A DNA stretch of 32,000 bases from Loktanella sp. R86503. Its GTDB lineage: Bacteria > Pseudomonadota > Alphaproteobacteria > Rhodobacterales > Rhodobacteraceae. The position numbers and the translations under genes are program-made. The stretch covers positions 1,470,834 to 1,502,833 of the forward strand of contig NZ_JAXHCI010000002.1 in assembly GCF_042466455.1 (NCBI RefSeq), in the 5' to 3' direction. The notes beneath the pieces were generated by a model. It had not been told where the DNA came from. It did not search any database and saw nothing but the letters and a program-made list of their open reading frames with translations. Shown piece after piece: positions 1-8,514 of the stretch. Every line of letters begins with the position of its first letter. The first letter of the stretch is position 1.

Positions 1-9
1 ACAAGTAAC

Positions 10-726
10 CTAAAGGCTGCGGGGTCTGCGCGGGGCCTGCATGGCCATCACGCAGATCAGGATGACAATGCCTGTGATGGCCAGCGCGGTGACGACAAAG
101 GTCGTCATCCCGTTGGCCACACAAATCCCGACCAGCGCCCAGATGACCGCCGCAATATAGCTGGATGAATCGACCCGGCGATAGGTTGCAATCGTCACGC
201 CAAGCGCCGCGATGATGCCGGCAATGGCCCAGCCGAAACTGTCAAAGCCGATGTTGTATCCCGCCAGCGTGGTCGCCAGCGACACAAAACTGGCCGCCGT
301 CAGCCATCCGGCATAAAGCCCCACCGGCCCGCGCAGCCACCACCGGTCCAGCGGCGGCGTGCGGATCAGGGCGGCAATCGCGGCGCTCGCCATGATGAAA
401 ATCGTGATCGTCGCCCAGATCACGCTGACCTGCGCGATCAGCAGCCATGGCACGCCCACCGCAAGGCTGATGCACAGCGGCAACCGGGCCGCGTCCCAGT
501 CCGCGTCGTCCTTGCGATACATCACGCCATAAATCGACGAGGCGATCAGCCAAAGGTAAATCGGCCCCCAGATCGCAAAGGCATAGCCCGCCGGTTGGAC
601 CGGCGGGTTGATCTGCGGATTGGGCAGCATGTCCGATGCAAAACCTGCAAAGTCGCCCGAAAAAAACGGGGCGACCGCGAAGGCAAGGCTCAGGGCGAGC
701 GTGAGATAAGCGAGACTATGTTTCAT
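10..726 (-). CDS. TspO/MBR-related tryptophan-rich integral membrane protein (family assignment tentative)
   Basis: 238-aa ORF with an ATG start, almost entirely hydrophobic helices and W/Y-rich. The segment PPVQPAGYAFAIWGPIYLWL resembles the first TspO signature helix. It is longer than canonical TspO, so the name is tentative. Confidence 0.6.
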   Translation of the reverse strand: MKHSLAYLTLALSLAFAVAPFFSGDFAGFASDMLPNPQINPPVQPAGYAFAIWGPIYLWLIASSIYGVMYRKDDADWDAARLPLCISLAVGVPWLLIAQVSVIWATITIFIMASAAIAALIRTPPLDRWWLRGPVGLYAGWLTAASFVSLATTLAGYNIGFDSFGWAIAGIIAALGVTIATYRRVDSSSYIAAVIWALVGICVANGMTTFVVTALAITGIVILICVMAMQAPRRPRSL

Positions 727-768
727 ATGCAGCCAACGCCGCCCGCGCCCTTATTGTTCAGCGCTACG

Positions 769-2061
769 TTAGATTAAATCGCCTGTTGCCGAAATCGTGT
801 TTTTGCCACCCAGATAGGGGTGCAATGCAGCGGGCAAAACAACCGACCCGTCAGCCTGCTGACCGTTTTCCAGCACTGCGATCAATGTGCGTCCCACAGC
901 AAGGCCAGAGCCGTTCAGCGTATGCACAAATTCCGGCTTTCCGCCGTCCGCAGGCTTGAACCGCGCATTCATGCGCCGCGCCTGATAATCACCGCAGGTC
1001 GAGATAGAGGAGATTTCGCGGTAGGTATCCTGACCGGGCAGCCACACTTCCAGATCATAGGTGCGGCGCGCACCCGCGCCCATGTCCCCTGCGCAAAGCA
1101 GCATGGTGCGGTAAGGCAGGTCCAGCTTTTCCAAAATCGCCTCTGCGCATTTTGTCATGCGGGTGTGTTCGGCGTCGCTGTCATCGGGGTGGGTAATGCT
1201 GACCATTTCGACTTTTTCGAACTGGTGTTGGCGCAGCATACCGCTGGTGTCGCGGCCTGCGCTGCCTGCTTCGGAGCGAAAGCAAAGCGTATGCGCGACA
1301 TGGCGGCGGGGCAGGGTGGCGGCGTCGACGGTGTCGCCATTCACAAGGTTGGTCAGCGTTACCTCTGCCGTGGGGATCAGCCACCAGCCGTTGGTGGTCT
1401 GATAGCTGTCCTCGCCGAACTTGGGCAGCTGGCCGGTGCCATAAAGCATTTCTTCGCGCACGATGACGGGCGTGTTTGTTTCGGTCAGGGCGTGTTCATC
1501 GACATGGGTGTCGATCATGAACTGGGCCAGCGCCCGGTGAACGCGGGCCACAGCGCCGCGCAGCACGACAAAGCGCGAGCCGGACAGTTTTGCACCAGCG
1601 GCAAAATCCATGCCAGCCTGCACGGCAGGGATGTCGAAATGTTCCAGGGGCTTGAAATCGAATGTGCGCGGTGTGCCGGTGCGCTTTTGCTCGACGTTGT
1701 CCGCCTCGTCCTTGCCGGGGGGCACATCGGCGTAGGGCAGGTTAGGGAGGGCGATCAGCATATCCGCCAGCTGGGCATCCAGCTCTTTTGCACGCTCGTT
1801 CAAGGCGGCGATTTCCGCTTTCTTGTCGGCCATCAGGGTGCGCAGGCGGGCGAATTCGGCCTCGTCGCCGCTGGCCTTGGCCTTGCCCACGTCCTTGGCG
1901 GCGGCGTTGGCGGCGGCCTGCGCATCCTCTGACTGTTTGATCGCGGCGCGGCGGTCGGCATCAAGGGCCAGCAATTCGCCGGACACCGGTGTAAGGCCGC
2001 GCAAGGAAAGGGCGGCGTCAAACGCGTCTGGAGTCTCGCGGATCATGCGAATGTCATGCAT
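769..2061 (-). CDS. serS: seryl-tRNA synthetase
   Basis: The track ORF is 769..2250, but the conserved SerS N-terminus [14 protein letters not shown] starts at the internal ATG (cat at 2059-2061), giving 430 aa. It has a coiled-coil tRNA-binding arm followed by a class II core (..[19 protein letters not shown]..). Confidence 0.95.
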   Translation of the reverse strand: MHDIRMIRETPDAFDAALSLRGLTPVSGELLALDADRRAAIKQSEDAQAAANAAAKDVGKAKASGDEAEFARLRTLMADKKAEIAALNERAKELDAQLADMLIALPNLPYADVPPGKDEADNVEQKRTGTPRTFDFKPLEHFDIPAVQAGMDFAAGAKLSGSRFVVLRGAVARVHRALAQFMIDTHVDEHALTETNTPVIVREEMLYGTGQLPKFGEDSYQTTNGWWLIPTAEVTLTNLVNGDTVDAATLPRRHVAHTLCFRSEAGSAGRDTSGMLRQHQFEKVEMVSITHPDDSDAEHTRMTKCAEAILEKLDLPYRTMLLCAGDMGAGARRTYDLEVWLPGQDTYREISSISTCGDYQARRMNARFKPADGGKPEFVHTLNGSGLAVGRTLIAVLENGQQADGSVVLPAALHPYLGGKNTISATGDLI

Positions 2062-2328
2062 GGGTCTGGTCCTTGTTTCCGATATGATTAGCGCGGGTAT
2101 GCACCATTGGCGCACCGCGTTGAAGGGGAGAAAGCCGCGCGCGCCTGCGCGATTGTGATGGCACGGGGCGGACATTCGCGCCGCCCGCCATTGACGGCTG
2201 GCCCGATCACCCCGATATCGCGGCAATCGTGCACGGGTTGCGGTTGCCAATCCGGCGCCCCAGACCTAATGTGCGCCGACTTTGACGCGGGGCCAGTGCC
2301 CGGCGCAGTGAACTGAAAAGGAACCGCC

Positions 2329-2610
2329 ATGCAGGGCAGCCAATCGCTTATTTTGATGATGATCATCTTCGGGATCATGTATTTCCTGTTGATCCGTCCC
2401 CAGCAGAAAAAGCTGAAAGAACATCAGGCGATGGTGAACGCGCTGCGCCGGGGCGACCGCGTCATCACGCAGGGCGGGATCATGGGCAAAGTCACCGCCG
2501 TGAACGACGCCGACAAGGAAGTCGAAGTCGAAATCGCAGCCGGCGTGAAAGTCCGCGTGATCCGCTCGACCATCGCGACTGTCCTGAACAAGACCGAACC
2601 GGCGAAGTAA
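2329..2610 (+). CDS. yajC: preprotein translocase subunit YajC
   Basis: 93 aa with a single N-terminal TM helix and the motif YFLLIRPQQKKLKEHQAMVNAL..GDRVIT.GGI.G. AAGGAA RBS upstream. Directly precedes secDF. Confidence 0.9.
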   Translation: MQGSQSLILMMIIFGIMYFLLIRPQQKKLKEHQAMVNALRRGDRVITQGGIMGKVTAVNDADKEVEVEIAAGVKVRVIRSTIATVLNKTEPAK

Positions 2611-2644
2611 GCCGCGACACCTTTGGTCCAAGGGGCTTTGCTAC

Positions 2645-4276
2645 ATGCTGCATATTTCTGCTTATAAGCAGGTCATGATCTGGCTGACCGTCGTGGTTGG
2701 TCTGGCGCTGGCCCTGCCGAACGCTTTCTATTCGCGGGTTGAAACCCACAACGACGCCATTGCGCAGGGGCAGGACGATACGTCCTGGCCCGGCTTTTTG
2801 CCGTCGGGGCTGGTGAACCTTGGGCTTGACCTGCGCGGCGGTGCGCATCTGCTGGCCGAGGTGCAGACCGCTGACGTCTATGCCACGATCATGGATGCCA
2901 CCTGGCCAGAGGTGCGCGATGCGCTGGCGGCTGACCGGGATACGGTCGGTTTCGTCACCCGCGAAGCCAGCCGTCCGGACGAGCTGATTGTGCGGATTTC
3001 CGAACCCGCAGGGGCGGCGCGTGCGCTGGAAATCGTACGCGGGCTGGCCCGTCCGATCACATCGCTGACCGGTGTCGGGTCCACGGATATCGAAGTGACC
3101 GGCAACGGGCCGCTTTTGACCGTGCGTCTGTCAGAGGCGGAAAAGCTGGCGGTCGATGACCGCACCATGCAGCAATCGCTGGAAATCATTCGCCGCCGGA
3201 TCGACGAGGTCGGCACCCGCGAGCCGACGATCCAGTTGCAGGGCGACACCCGTATTCTGGTCGAAGTGCCCGGCGTCGGGTCCGCGCAGGAAGTCAAAGA
3301 CATCATCGGCACCACCGCGCAGCTGACCTTTCAGCCTGTGATCGGCGGTGCCGGCAGTGCCAGTGATCCGGTTGGCGCAGGTCAGGAAATCCTGCCCAGC
3401 GTGGATGCACCCGGCACCTTTTATCTGCTGGATACCGGCCCTGTTGTCAGTGGCGAGGAGCTGGTCGATGCACAGCCTGCCTTTGACCAGAACGGGCGGC
3501 CGGCCGTGAACTTCCGCTTCAACGTGTCTGGCGCGCGCAAGTTCGGCGATTACACGCTGGACCACATTGGCGAACCTTTTGCCATCGTGCTGGATAACGA
3601 AGTCATCAGCGCGCCGACGATCCAAAGCCATATTCCCGGCGGCTCTGGCATCATCACCGGCAATTTCACGGTCGAAGAATCGACCAACCTTGCCGTGCTG
3701 CTGCGGGCAGGGGCCTTGCCCGCAAAGCTGAACTTTCTGGAAGAGCGGACCATCGGCCCGCAGCTCGGGCAGGATTCGATCGATGCGGGCAAAAAGGCCG
3801 CGGTTGTCGGATCGCTTTTGGTGATTGGCTTTATGTGGATGACCTACGGGCTGTTCGGCTTTTTTGCCAACATCGCGCTGATTATCAACATGGGCCTGAT
3901 TTTTGGCGGGCTGTCGTTGCTGGGGGCCACGCTGACCCTGCCGGGTATCGCGGGTATCGTGCTGACTGTTGGCATGGCGGTTGACGCCAACGTGCTGGTG
4001 TTCGAACGCATCCGGGAAGAGCTGAAAACCTCTAGGGGGCCGGCCCGCGCAATCGAACTGGGGTATGAGCGTGCCTTGTCAGCCATCGTCGACGGAAACG
4101 TCACAACCCTGATCACGGCTTTTATCCTGTTCTATCTTGGCTCCGGTCCGGTGCGCGGTTTCGCCATCACACTGGGTTTGGGTATTCTCACCTCGATCTT
4201 TACCGCGATCTTTGTCACGCGGTCGCTGATCGTCATCTGGTTCGCCTGGCGGCGGCCGAAAACAATCGAGGTTTAA
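2645..4276 (+). CDS. secD: protein translocase subunit SecD
   Basis: 543 aa with an N-terminal TM helix, a large periplasmic domain and a C-terminal 5-TM block (..GIAGIVLTVGMAVDANVLVFERIREE..), typical of SecD. Confidence 0.95.
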   Translation: MLHISAYKQVMIWLTVVVGLALALPNAFYSRVETHNDAIAQGQDDTSWPGFLPSGLVNLGLDLRGGAHLLAEVQTADVYATIMDATWPEVRDALAADRDTVGFVTREASRPDELIVRISEPAGAARALEIVRGLARPITSLTGVGSTDIEVTGNGPLLTVRLSEAEKLAVDDRTMQQSLEIIRRRIDEVGTREPTIQLQGDTRILVEVPGVGSAQEVKDIIGTTAQLTFQPVIGGAGSASDPVGAGQEILPSVDAPGTFYLLDTGPVVSGEELVDAQPAFDQNGRPAVNFRFNVSGARKFGDYTLDHIGEPFAIVLDNEVISAPTIQSHIPGGSGIITGNFTVEESTNLAVLLRAGALPAKLNFLEERTIGPQLGQDSIDAGKKAAVVGSLLVIGFMWMTYGLFGFFANIALIINMGLIFGGLSLLGATLTLPGIAGIVLTVGMAVDANVLVFERIREELKTSRGPARAIELGYERALSAIVDGNVTTLITAFILFYLGSGPVRGFAITLGLGILTSIFTAIFVTRSLIVIWFAWRRPKTIEV

Positions 4277-4280
4277 GATC

Positions 4281-5252
4281 ATGCGTTTGCGTTTGATTCC
4301 CGACGATACCAAGATCAACTTTTTCAGCTACGCCAAGCTGACCTTTGGCGGATCAATTGTGCTGCTTGTTCTGTCGGTCGTCGCCTTCTTTGCGTTCGGC
4401 CTGAACTACGGCATCGATTTCAAGGGCGGCACCACTATCCGCACCGAAAGCACGCAAAGCATTGATGTCGGTGCCTACCGCGCCGCGCTGGAACCTTTGC
4501 AGCTGGGTGATGTCGCCATCACCGAAGTGTTCGATCCCGGCTTTGGCCCCGACCGCAACGTGGCCGAAGTGCGTATTCAGGCGCAAGGCGATGCAGAAAG
4601 CGTCGCGCCCGAAACCATCGCCGCAATGGAAGCCGCAATGACGGCGGTTGATCCAAACGTCACCTTCGCCTCTGTCGAAAGCGTGGGACCCAAAGTGTCA
4701 GGAGAGTTGATCGGCTCTGCCATCCTGTCCGTTGTCGGTGCCATCGGAGCGATCGTGGTCTACATCTGGTTGCGCTTTGAATGGCAGTTTGCCATCGGTG
4801 CCATCGTCGCGCTGGTGCATGACGTCGGCCTGACCATCGGCTTGTTCGCGCTGCTGCAAATTAAGTTCGATCTGGCGATCATCGCGGCCCTGCTGACAAT
4901 CGTAGGTTATTCCATCAACGATACCGTGGTCGTGTTTGACCGGGTTCGGGAAAACCTGCGCAAGTTCAAGGTCATGCCTTTGATCGAGGTGCTGAACCTG
5001 TCCGCCAATGAAACCCTGTCACGGACCATGATGACATCGGGCACGACCCTGCTGGCGCTGATCGCGCTGCTGGTGCTGGGCGGCGATGTGATCCGGGGCT
5101 TTGTGTTCGCCATCACTTGGGGCATTATTGTCGGCACCTATTCGTCGATCTACATTGCGAAAAACATCGTGCTGATGCTGGGCGTCAAACGCGACTGGTC
5201 CAAAAAGGACCCGCGCACCGTGGGCCGTTATGCTGACGTGGAAGGCAAATAA
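4281..5252 (+). CDS. secF: protein translocase subunit SecF
   Basis: 323 aa, starts 4 nt after the secD stop with a GAGG RBS. Contains motifs GIDFKGGT and ..GYSINDTVVVFDRVREN.. Confidence 0.95.
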   Translation: MRLRLIPDDTKINFFSYAKLTFGGSIVLLVLSVVAFFAFGLNYGIDFKGGTTIRTESTQSIDVGAYRAALEPLQLGDVAITEVFDPGFGPDRNVAEVRIQAQGDAESVAPETIAAMEAAMTAVDPNVTFASVESVGPKVSGELIGSAILSVVGAIGAIVVYIWLRFEWQFAIGAIVALVHDVGLTIGLFALLQIKFDLAIIAALLTIVGYSINDTVVVFDRVRENLRKFKVMPLIEVLNLSANETLSRTMMTSGTTLLALIALLVLGGDVIRGFVFAITWGIIVGTYSSIYIAKNIVLMLGVKRDWSKKDPRTVGRYADVEGK

Positions 5253-5606
5253 ATGCGTCTGACCGAGATCACTTACGACAATGCGAAACCCATCGACGGC
5301 TACGGCCCCGGTTTCTTTCGCATTGGCGGCAAGGTGATCGAGGGGGCCGTGACCGTCATGCCGTCAGGCGTGGCCAGCTGGGGTGGCTATGACGACACTG
5401 AAGCCTTGCTGGCCATGGTAGACAAGGTGGATGTAATCTTTGTTGGTACGGGGGCGGAAATCGCCCACACCCCAGCCGCCTTTCGCGAGATACTAGAGGC
5501 GGCGGGCCTTGGCGTGGAAACCATGGCCTCCCCCGCCGCCTGCCGCACCTACAACGTGTTGCTCAGCGAAGGCCGCCGCGTCGCGCTGGCACTGTTCCCG
5601 GTCTGA
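5253..5606 (+). CDS. Mth938-like domain protein (DUF498, NDUFAF3-like)
   Basis: 117 aa. The ATG immediately follows the secF TAA with a 0-nt gap. Pattern I.GYG.GFFRIGG....G.V.V.P.....W......D...L.......D....GTG resembles the Mth938/DUF498 family. Confidence 0.75.
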   Translation: MRLTEITYDNAKPIDGYGPGFFRIGGKVIEGAVTVMPSGVASWGGYDDTEALLAMVDKVDVIFVGTGAEIAHTPAAFREILEAAGLGVETMASPAACRTYNVLLSEGRRVALALFPV

Positions 5607-5611
5607 CCGCC

Positions 5612-6226
5612 ATGTTGCAAGTCCGCGCCCTGCGCTGCGCGCGCGGCGGTGTGCCGGTGCTGGACGGTCTGTCCTTTGACGTTAAGGCGGGCGAGGCGCT
5701 GATCCTGCGCGGACCGAACGGCGTTGGTAAAACGACCTTGCTGCGCACGCTTGCGGGGCTGCAGCCCGCGCTGGATGGGACTGTCACCTATCTGGACGGC
5801 ACAGGTGCCTATGCCAGCCATGCCGACGGGATCAAGACGGCGCTGACTGTCGCTGAAAACCTGACTTTCTGGGCGCACGTCTATGGCCGCGATGTGCCGG
5901 ACAGCGTCTATGCCGCCTTTGATCTGGATGCGCTGCGCAACCGCGCTGCTGGCACGTTGTCGGCGGGGCAAAAGCGGCGACTTGGCCTTGCGCGTCTGGG
6001 CGTCATCGGGCGGCGTGTGTTGTTTCTGGACGAACCGACGGTCAGCCTCGACGGCTTTTCCGTGCGCATGTTCGCGGACTGGATGCGCGATGTGCATCTG
6101 GCGGGCGGCGGCTGCGCGGTCATTGCAACTCATATCGACCTTGGCCTTGATGCGCCCGCGCTGGACCTGACGCCCTATCTGGCACAGCCTGATGCGGATG
6201 GCGGCGCGGACGAGGCGTTTTTGTGA
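5612..6226 (+). CDS. ccmA: heme exporter ATP-binding protein CcmA
   Basis: 204 aa ABC ATPase with Walker [10 protein letters not shown], signature LSAGQKRR and Walker B LFLDEP. First gene of the ccm cluster. Confidence 0.9.
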   Translation: MLQVRALRCARGGVPVLDGLSFDVKAGEALILRGPNGVGKTTLLRTLAGLQPALDGTVTYLDGTGAYASHADGIKTALTVAENLTFWAHVYGRDVPDSVYAAFDLDALRNRAAGTLSAGQKRRLGLARLGVIGRRVLFLDEPTVSLDGFSVRMFADWMRDVHLAGGGCAVIATHIDLGLDAPALDLTPYLAQPDADGGADEAFL

Positions 6227-6879
6227 TTGCCCTGCTGCGCCGCGATCTGGCACTGGCTGTGCGGGCCGGCGGCGGCTTTGGCCTTGGCCTTGCGTTTTTC
6301 CTGATTGTCGTCGTGCTGGTGCCCTTTGGCGTCGGCCCGGACCGCAGCACCCTGGCCCTGATCGCACCCGGCATCCTTTGGGTCGCGGCGCTGCTGGCAG
6401 CGCTGCTGTCACTGGACCGGATATTCGCACTTGATTTTGAAGACGGCTCGCTGGCGCTGCTGGCCACCGCACCGCTGCCGCTGGAAGGTATCGCGCTGAT
6501 CAAGGCATTGGCGCACTGGATCACCTCTGGCCTGCCGCTGACGCTGGTCGCCCCGGCGCTGGGATTTTTCCTGAACATGGACAGCGCCGCCTATGGCTAT
6601 CTGCTGGTCAGCCTTGCCCTTGGCACGCCCGCGCTGTCGATGATCGGCAGCTTTGGCGCGGCTTTGACGGTGGGCCTGCGGCGGGGCGGGCTGTTGCTGT
6701 CATTGCTGGTGCTGCCGCTTTATGTGCCGACGTTGATCTTCGGGGCAGAGGCCGTGCGCCGCGGCGTCGATGGAACCGGCGCTGCCGCACCTTTGATGCT
6801 GATGGGGGCGATCACGCTGGGCTGCTTTGCCCTGCTGCCCTTCGCCGCTGCGGCAGTATTGCGCATCAACCTGCGGTGA
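6223..6879 (+). CDS. ccmB: heme exporter permease CcmB
   Basis: 218 aa polytopic membrane protein. The GTG start overlaps the ccmA stop (GTGA at 6223-6226). Position and length are typical of CcmB. Confidence 0.9.
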   Translation: MIALLRRDLALAVRAGGGFGLGLAFFLIVVVLVPFGVGPDRSTLALIAPGILWVAALLAALLSLDRIFALDFEDGSLALLATAPLPLEGIALIKALAHWITSGLPLTLVAPALGFFLNMDSAAYGYLLVSLALGTPALSMIGSFGAALTVGLRRGGLLLSLLVLPLYVPTLIFGAEAVRRGVDGTGAAAPLMLMGAITLGCFALLPFAAAAVLRINLR

Positions 6880-6921
6880 TCGGGGATTGAGGGGCGCAGG
6901 GCCCCGGGATAGGGATAACAC

Positions 6922-7650
6922 ATGTCGATCTGGGAATACGCCAATCCGAAACGGTTCATGGACTGGACCGCGCCCGTCATGCGCGTGGCCTTTGCCGTGG
7001 CAGCAGCCTGTCTGGTCGTCGGCCTGATCTGGGGCTTCTTTTTCACCCCGGACGAAGCGCGTCAGGGCGCGACGGTCAAGATCATCTATCTGCACGTGCC
7101 AAGCGCGTTGATGGCCATCAATGCGTGGTTCATGATGCTTGTAACATCGCTGGTCTGGCTGGTACGCCGGCACCACGTCAGCGCATTGGCCGCCCGCGCC
7201 GCTGCGCCCATCGGCATGGCCATGACCGTGATCGCGCTGATCACCGGTGCAATCTGGGGCAGCCCCATGTGGGGGACCTATTGGGCGTGGGATCCGCGCC
7301 TGACCTCCTTTTTGATCCTGTTCTTGTTCTATCTTGGTTACATCGCGCTTTGGGCCGCGATCGAAGATCCGGATACGGCGGCCGATCTGACTTCGGTGCT
7401 TTGCCTCGTCGGGTCGGTCTTTGCGATCTTGTCGCGCTATGCGGTCAATTTTTGGAACCAGGGCCTTCATCAGGGCGCGTCACTGTCGCTTGATAAAGAA
7501 GAGAACGTCGCCGACGTATTTTACCTGCCTTTGCTGGTCTGCATCGCAGGCTTTGTCGCGCTGTTTGTCGCTCTTGTCCTGCTGCGTACTCGCACTGAAA
7601 TCCGCGCCCGTCGGACAGCCGCCCTCATCGCAAGGAGCCAACGTGCCTGA
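6922..7650 (+). CDS. ccmC: heme lyase/exporter subunit CcmC
   Basis: 242 aa with the conserved tryptophan-rich WWD-type motif (GSPMWGTYWAWDPRLTS) and flanking His residues. Confidence 0.9.
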   Translation: MSIWEYANPKRFMDWTAPVMRVAFAVAAACLVVGLIWGFFFTPDEARQGATVKIIYLHVPSALMAINAWFMMLVTSLVWLVRRHHVSALAARAAAPIGMAMTVIALITGAIWGSPMWGTYWAWDPRLTSFLILFLFYLGYIALWAAIEDPDTAADLTSVLCLVGSVFAILSRYAVNFWNQGLHQGASLSLDKEENVADVFYLPLLVCIAGFVALFVALVLLRTRTEIRARRTAALIARSQRA

Positions 7651-7783
7651 TCTTGGAAAATACGCCCTCGAAGTGCTGACCGCTTATGCCGCCAGCATCG
7701 CCGTGCTTGCCGTACTGATCTTGGCAAGCCTGCGCCGGTCCCGCCGCGTCAAGGCCGCACTGGAGGCTGTTGAACGTGGCTAA
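7643..7783 (+). CDS. ccmD: heme exporter small subunit CcmD
   Basis: 46 aa from the GTG at 7643, overlapping the ccmC stop and preceded by AAGGAG. Single TM helix (YALEVLTAYAASIAVLAVLILASL) followed by a basic tail. The track shows it only as the tail of a longer ORF, 7421..7783. Confidence 0.75.
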   Translation: MPDLGKYALEVLTAYAASIAVLAVLILASLRRSRRVKAALEAVERG

Positions 7784-8315
7784 AGTTTCACCTCTGCTTG
7801 TCGTCCCGCCGGTCATTTTTGCCGCGCTTGCCGGATTGTTCTGGGGCGGGCTGATGCGTGAAAACGCCGGCGAACTGCCGTCGCAATTCATCGGTCAGCC
7901 TGCGCCGAACCTGCCGGACGAAGCGGTCGCAGGCACACCCCTGCTGACCGCCGACGATCTGCAGACCGGCGAGATCACGATCGTCAATTTCTGGGCCAGC
8001 TGGTGTCCGCCTTGCCGCGCCGAGCATCCGACATTGCAAGCGCTGTCCGATCAGGGATACCGCGTCGCAGGCGTCAATTTCCGCGATCAGGCAGATGATG
8101 CCGCCGGCTATCTGGCAGAGGAAGGCAACCCGTTCTTCGCGACAGGCTTCGACCTGCGCGGCCGCGTTGCCATCGACTGGGGCGTGACCGCGCCGCCGGA
8201 AACCTTCATCGTCGGTCCCGATGGTACGGTGCTTAGCCGCTTTATCGGGCCGCTCGTCGGCTCCGATTATGAACAGCGATTTCTTCCGATGCTTGAAGCC
8301 GCAACCACCAATTAG
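7770..8315 (+). CDS. ccmG: thiol:disulfide oxidoreductase CcmG/DsbE (HelX-like)
   Basis: 181 aa with an N-terminal anchor helix and a thioredoxin fold carrying the active site WASWCPPCRAEHP. The start is TTG at 7770 or GTG at 7776, overlapping the ccmD end. Confidence 0.9.
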   Translation: MNVAKVSPLLVVPPVIFAALAGLFWGGLMRENAGELPSQFIGQPAPNLPDEAVAGTPLLTADDLQTGEITIVNFWASWCPPCRAEHPTLQALSDQGYRVAGVNFRDQADDAAGYLAEEGNPFFATGFDLRGRVAIDWGVTAPPETFIVGPDGTVLSRFIGPLVGSDYEQRFLPMLEAATTN

Positions 8316-8324
8316 CGGCGTCCC

Positions 8325-8455
8325 CTTCTTCTGGTCAAAAATATCCCGGGGTGCGGGGCAGCGCCCCGCCAGCCGAATTTTCGACGAAAATTCGGCATTT
8401 GCCATTGCGTCGCAATGGCAAGGCCTCCGGCGGGGATATTTTTAACCAGAAGAAG
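8325..8455. repeat. 131-bp compound nested palindrome (outer 23-bp inverted repeat enclosing three hairpins)
   Basis: Outer arms are 8325-8347 CTTCTTCTGGTCAAAAATATCCC and 8433-8455 GGGATATTTTTAACCAGAAGAAG (22/23 complementary). Inside are GCGGGGC-AGC-GCCCCGC (8353-8369), the perfect 25-nt palindrome GCCGAATTTTCGACGAAAATTCGGC (8372-8396) and the perfect 23-nt palindrome TTGCCATTGCGTCGCAATGGCAA (8399-8421). Confidence 0.6.
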
Positions 8456-8465
8456 ACTGGACATG

Positions 8466-8500
8466 AAAAAGGCCGCGCTGAGAGGCGCGGCCTTTGGTCG
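8466..8500. terminator. bidirectional rho-independent terminator (ccmG / acnA)
   Basis: AAAAA-GGCCGCGC-tgagag-GCGCGGCC-TTTGGTCGTTT. The GC stem is 8471-8478/8485-8492. The A-run on the plus strand reads as a T-run for the minus-strand acnA transcript. Confidence 0.7.
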
Positions 8501-8514
8501 TTTAAATTGGTGCC

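Noticed and set aside
5549-7470. Minus-strand ORFs 5549..6472 (307 aa) and 6700..7470 (256 aa) opposite ccmA/B/C
   Set aside because: These are Arg/Pro/Gln-rich nonsense translations antisense to the ccm genes. The same judgement applies to 820..1932, 12162..13535, 16835..17950, 17589..18341, 21421..22185, 23380..24087, 25830..26645, 28692..29558 and 30804..31391.
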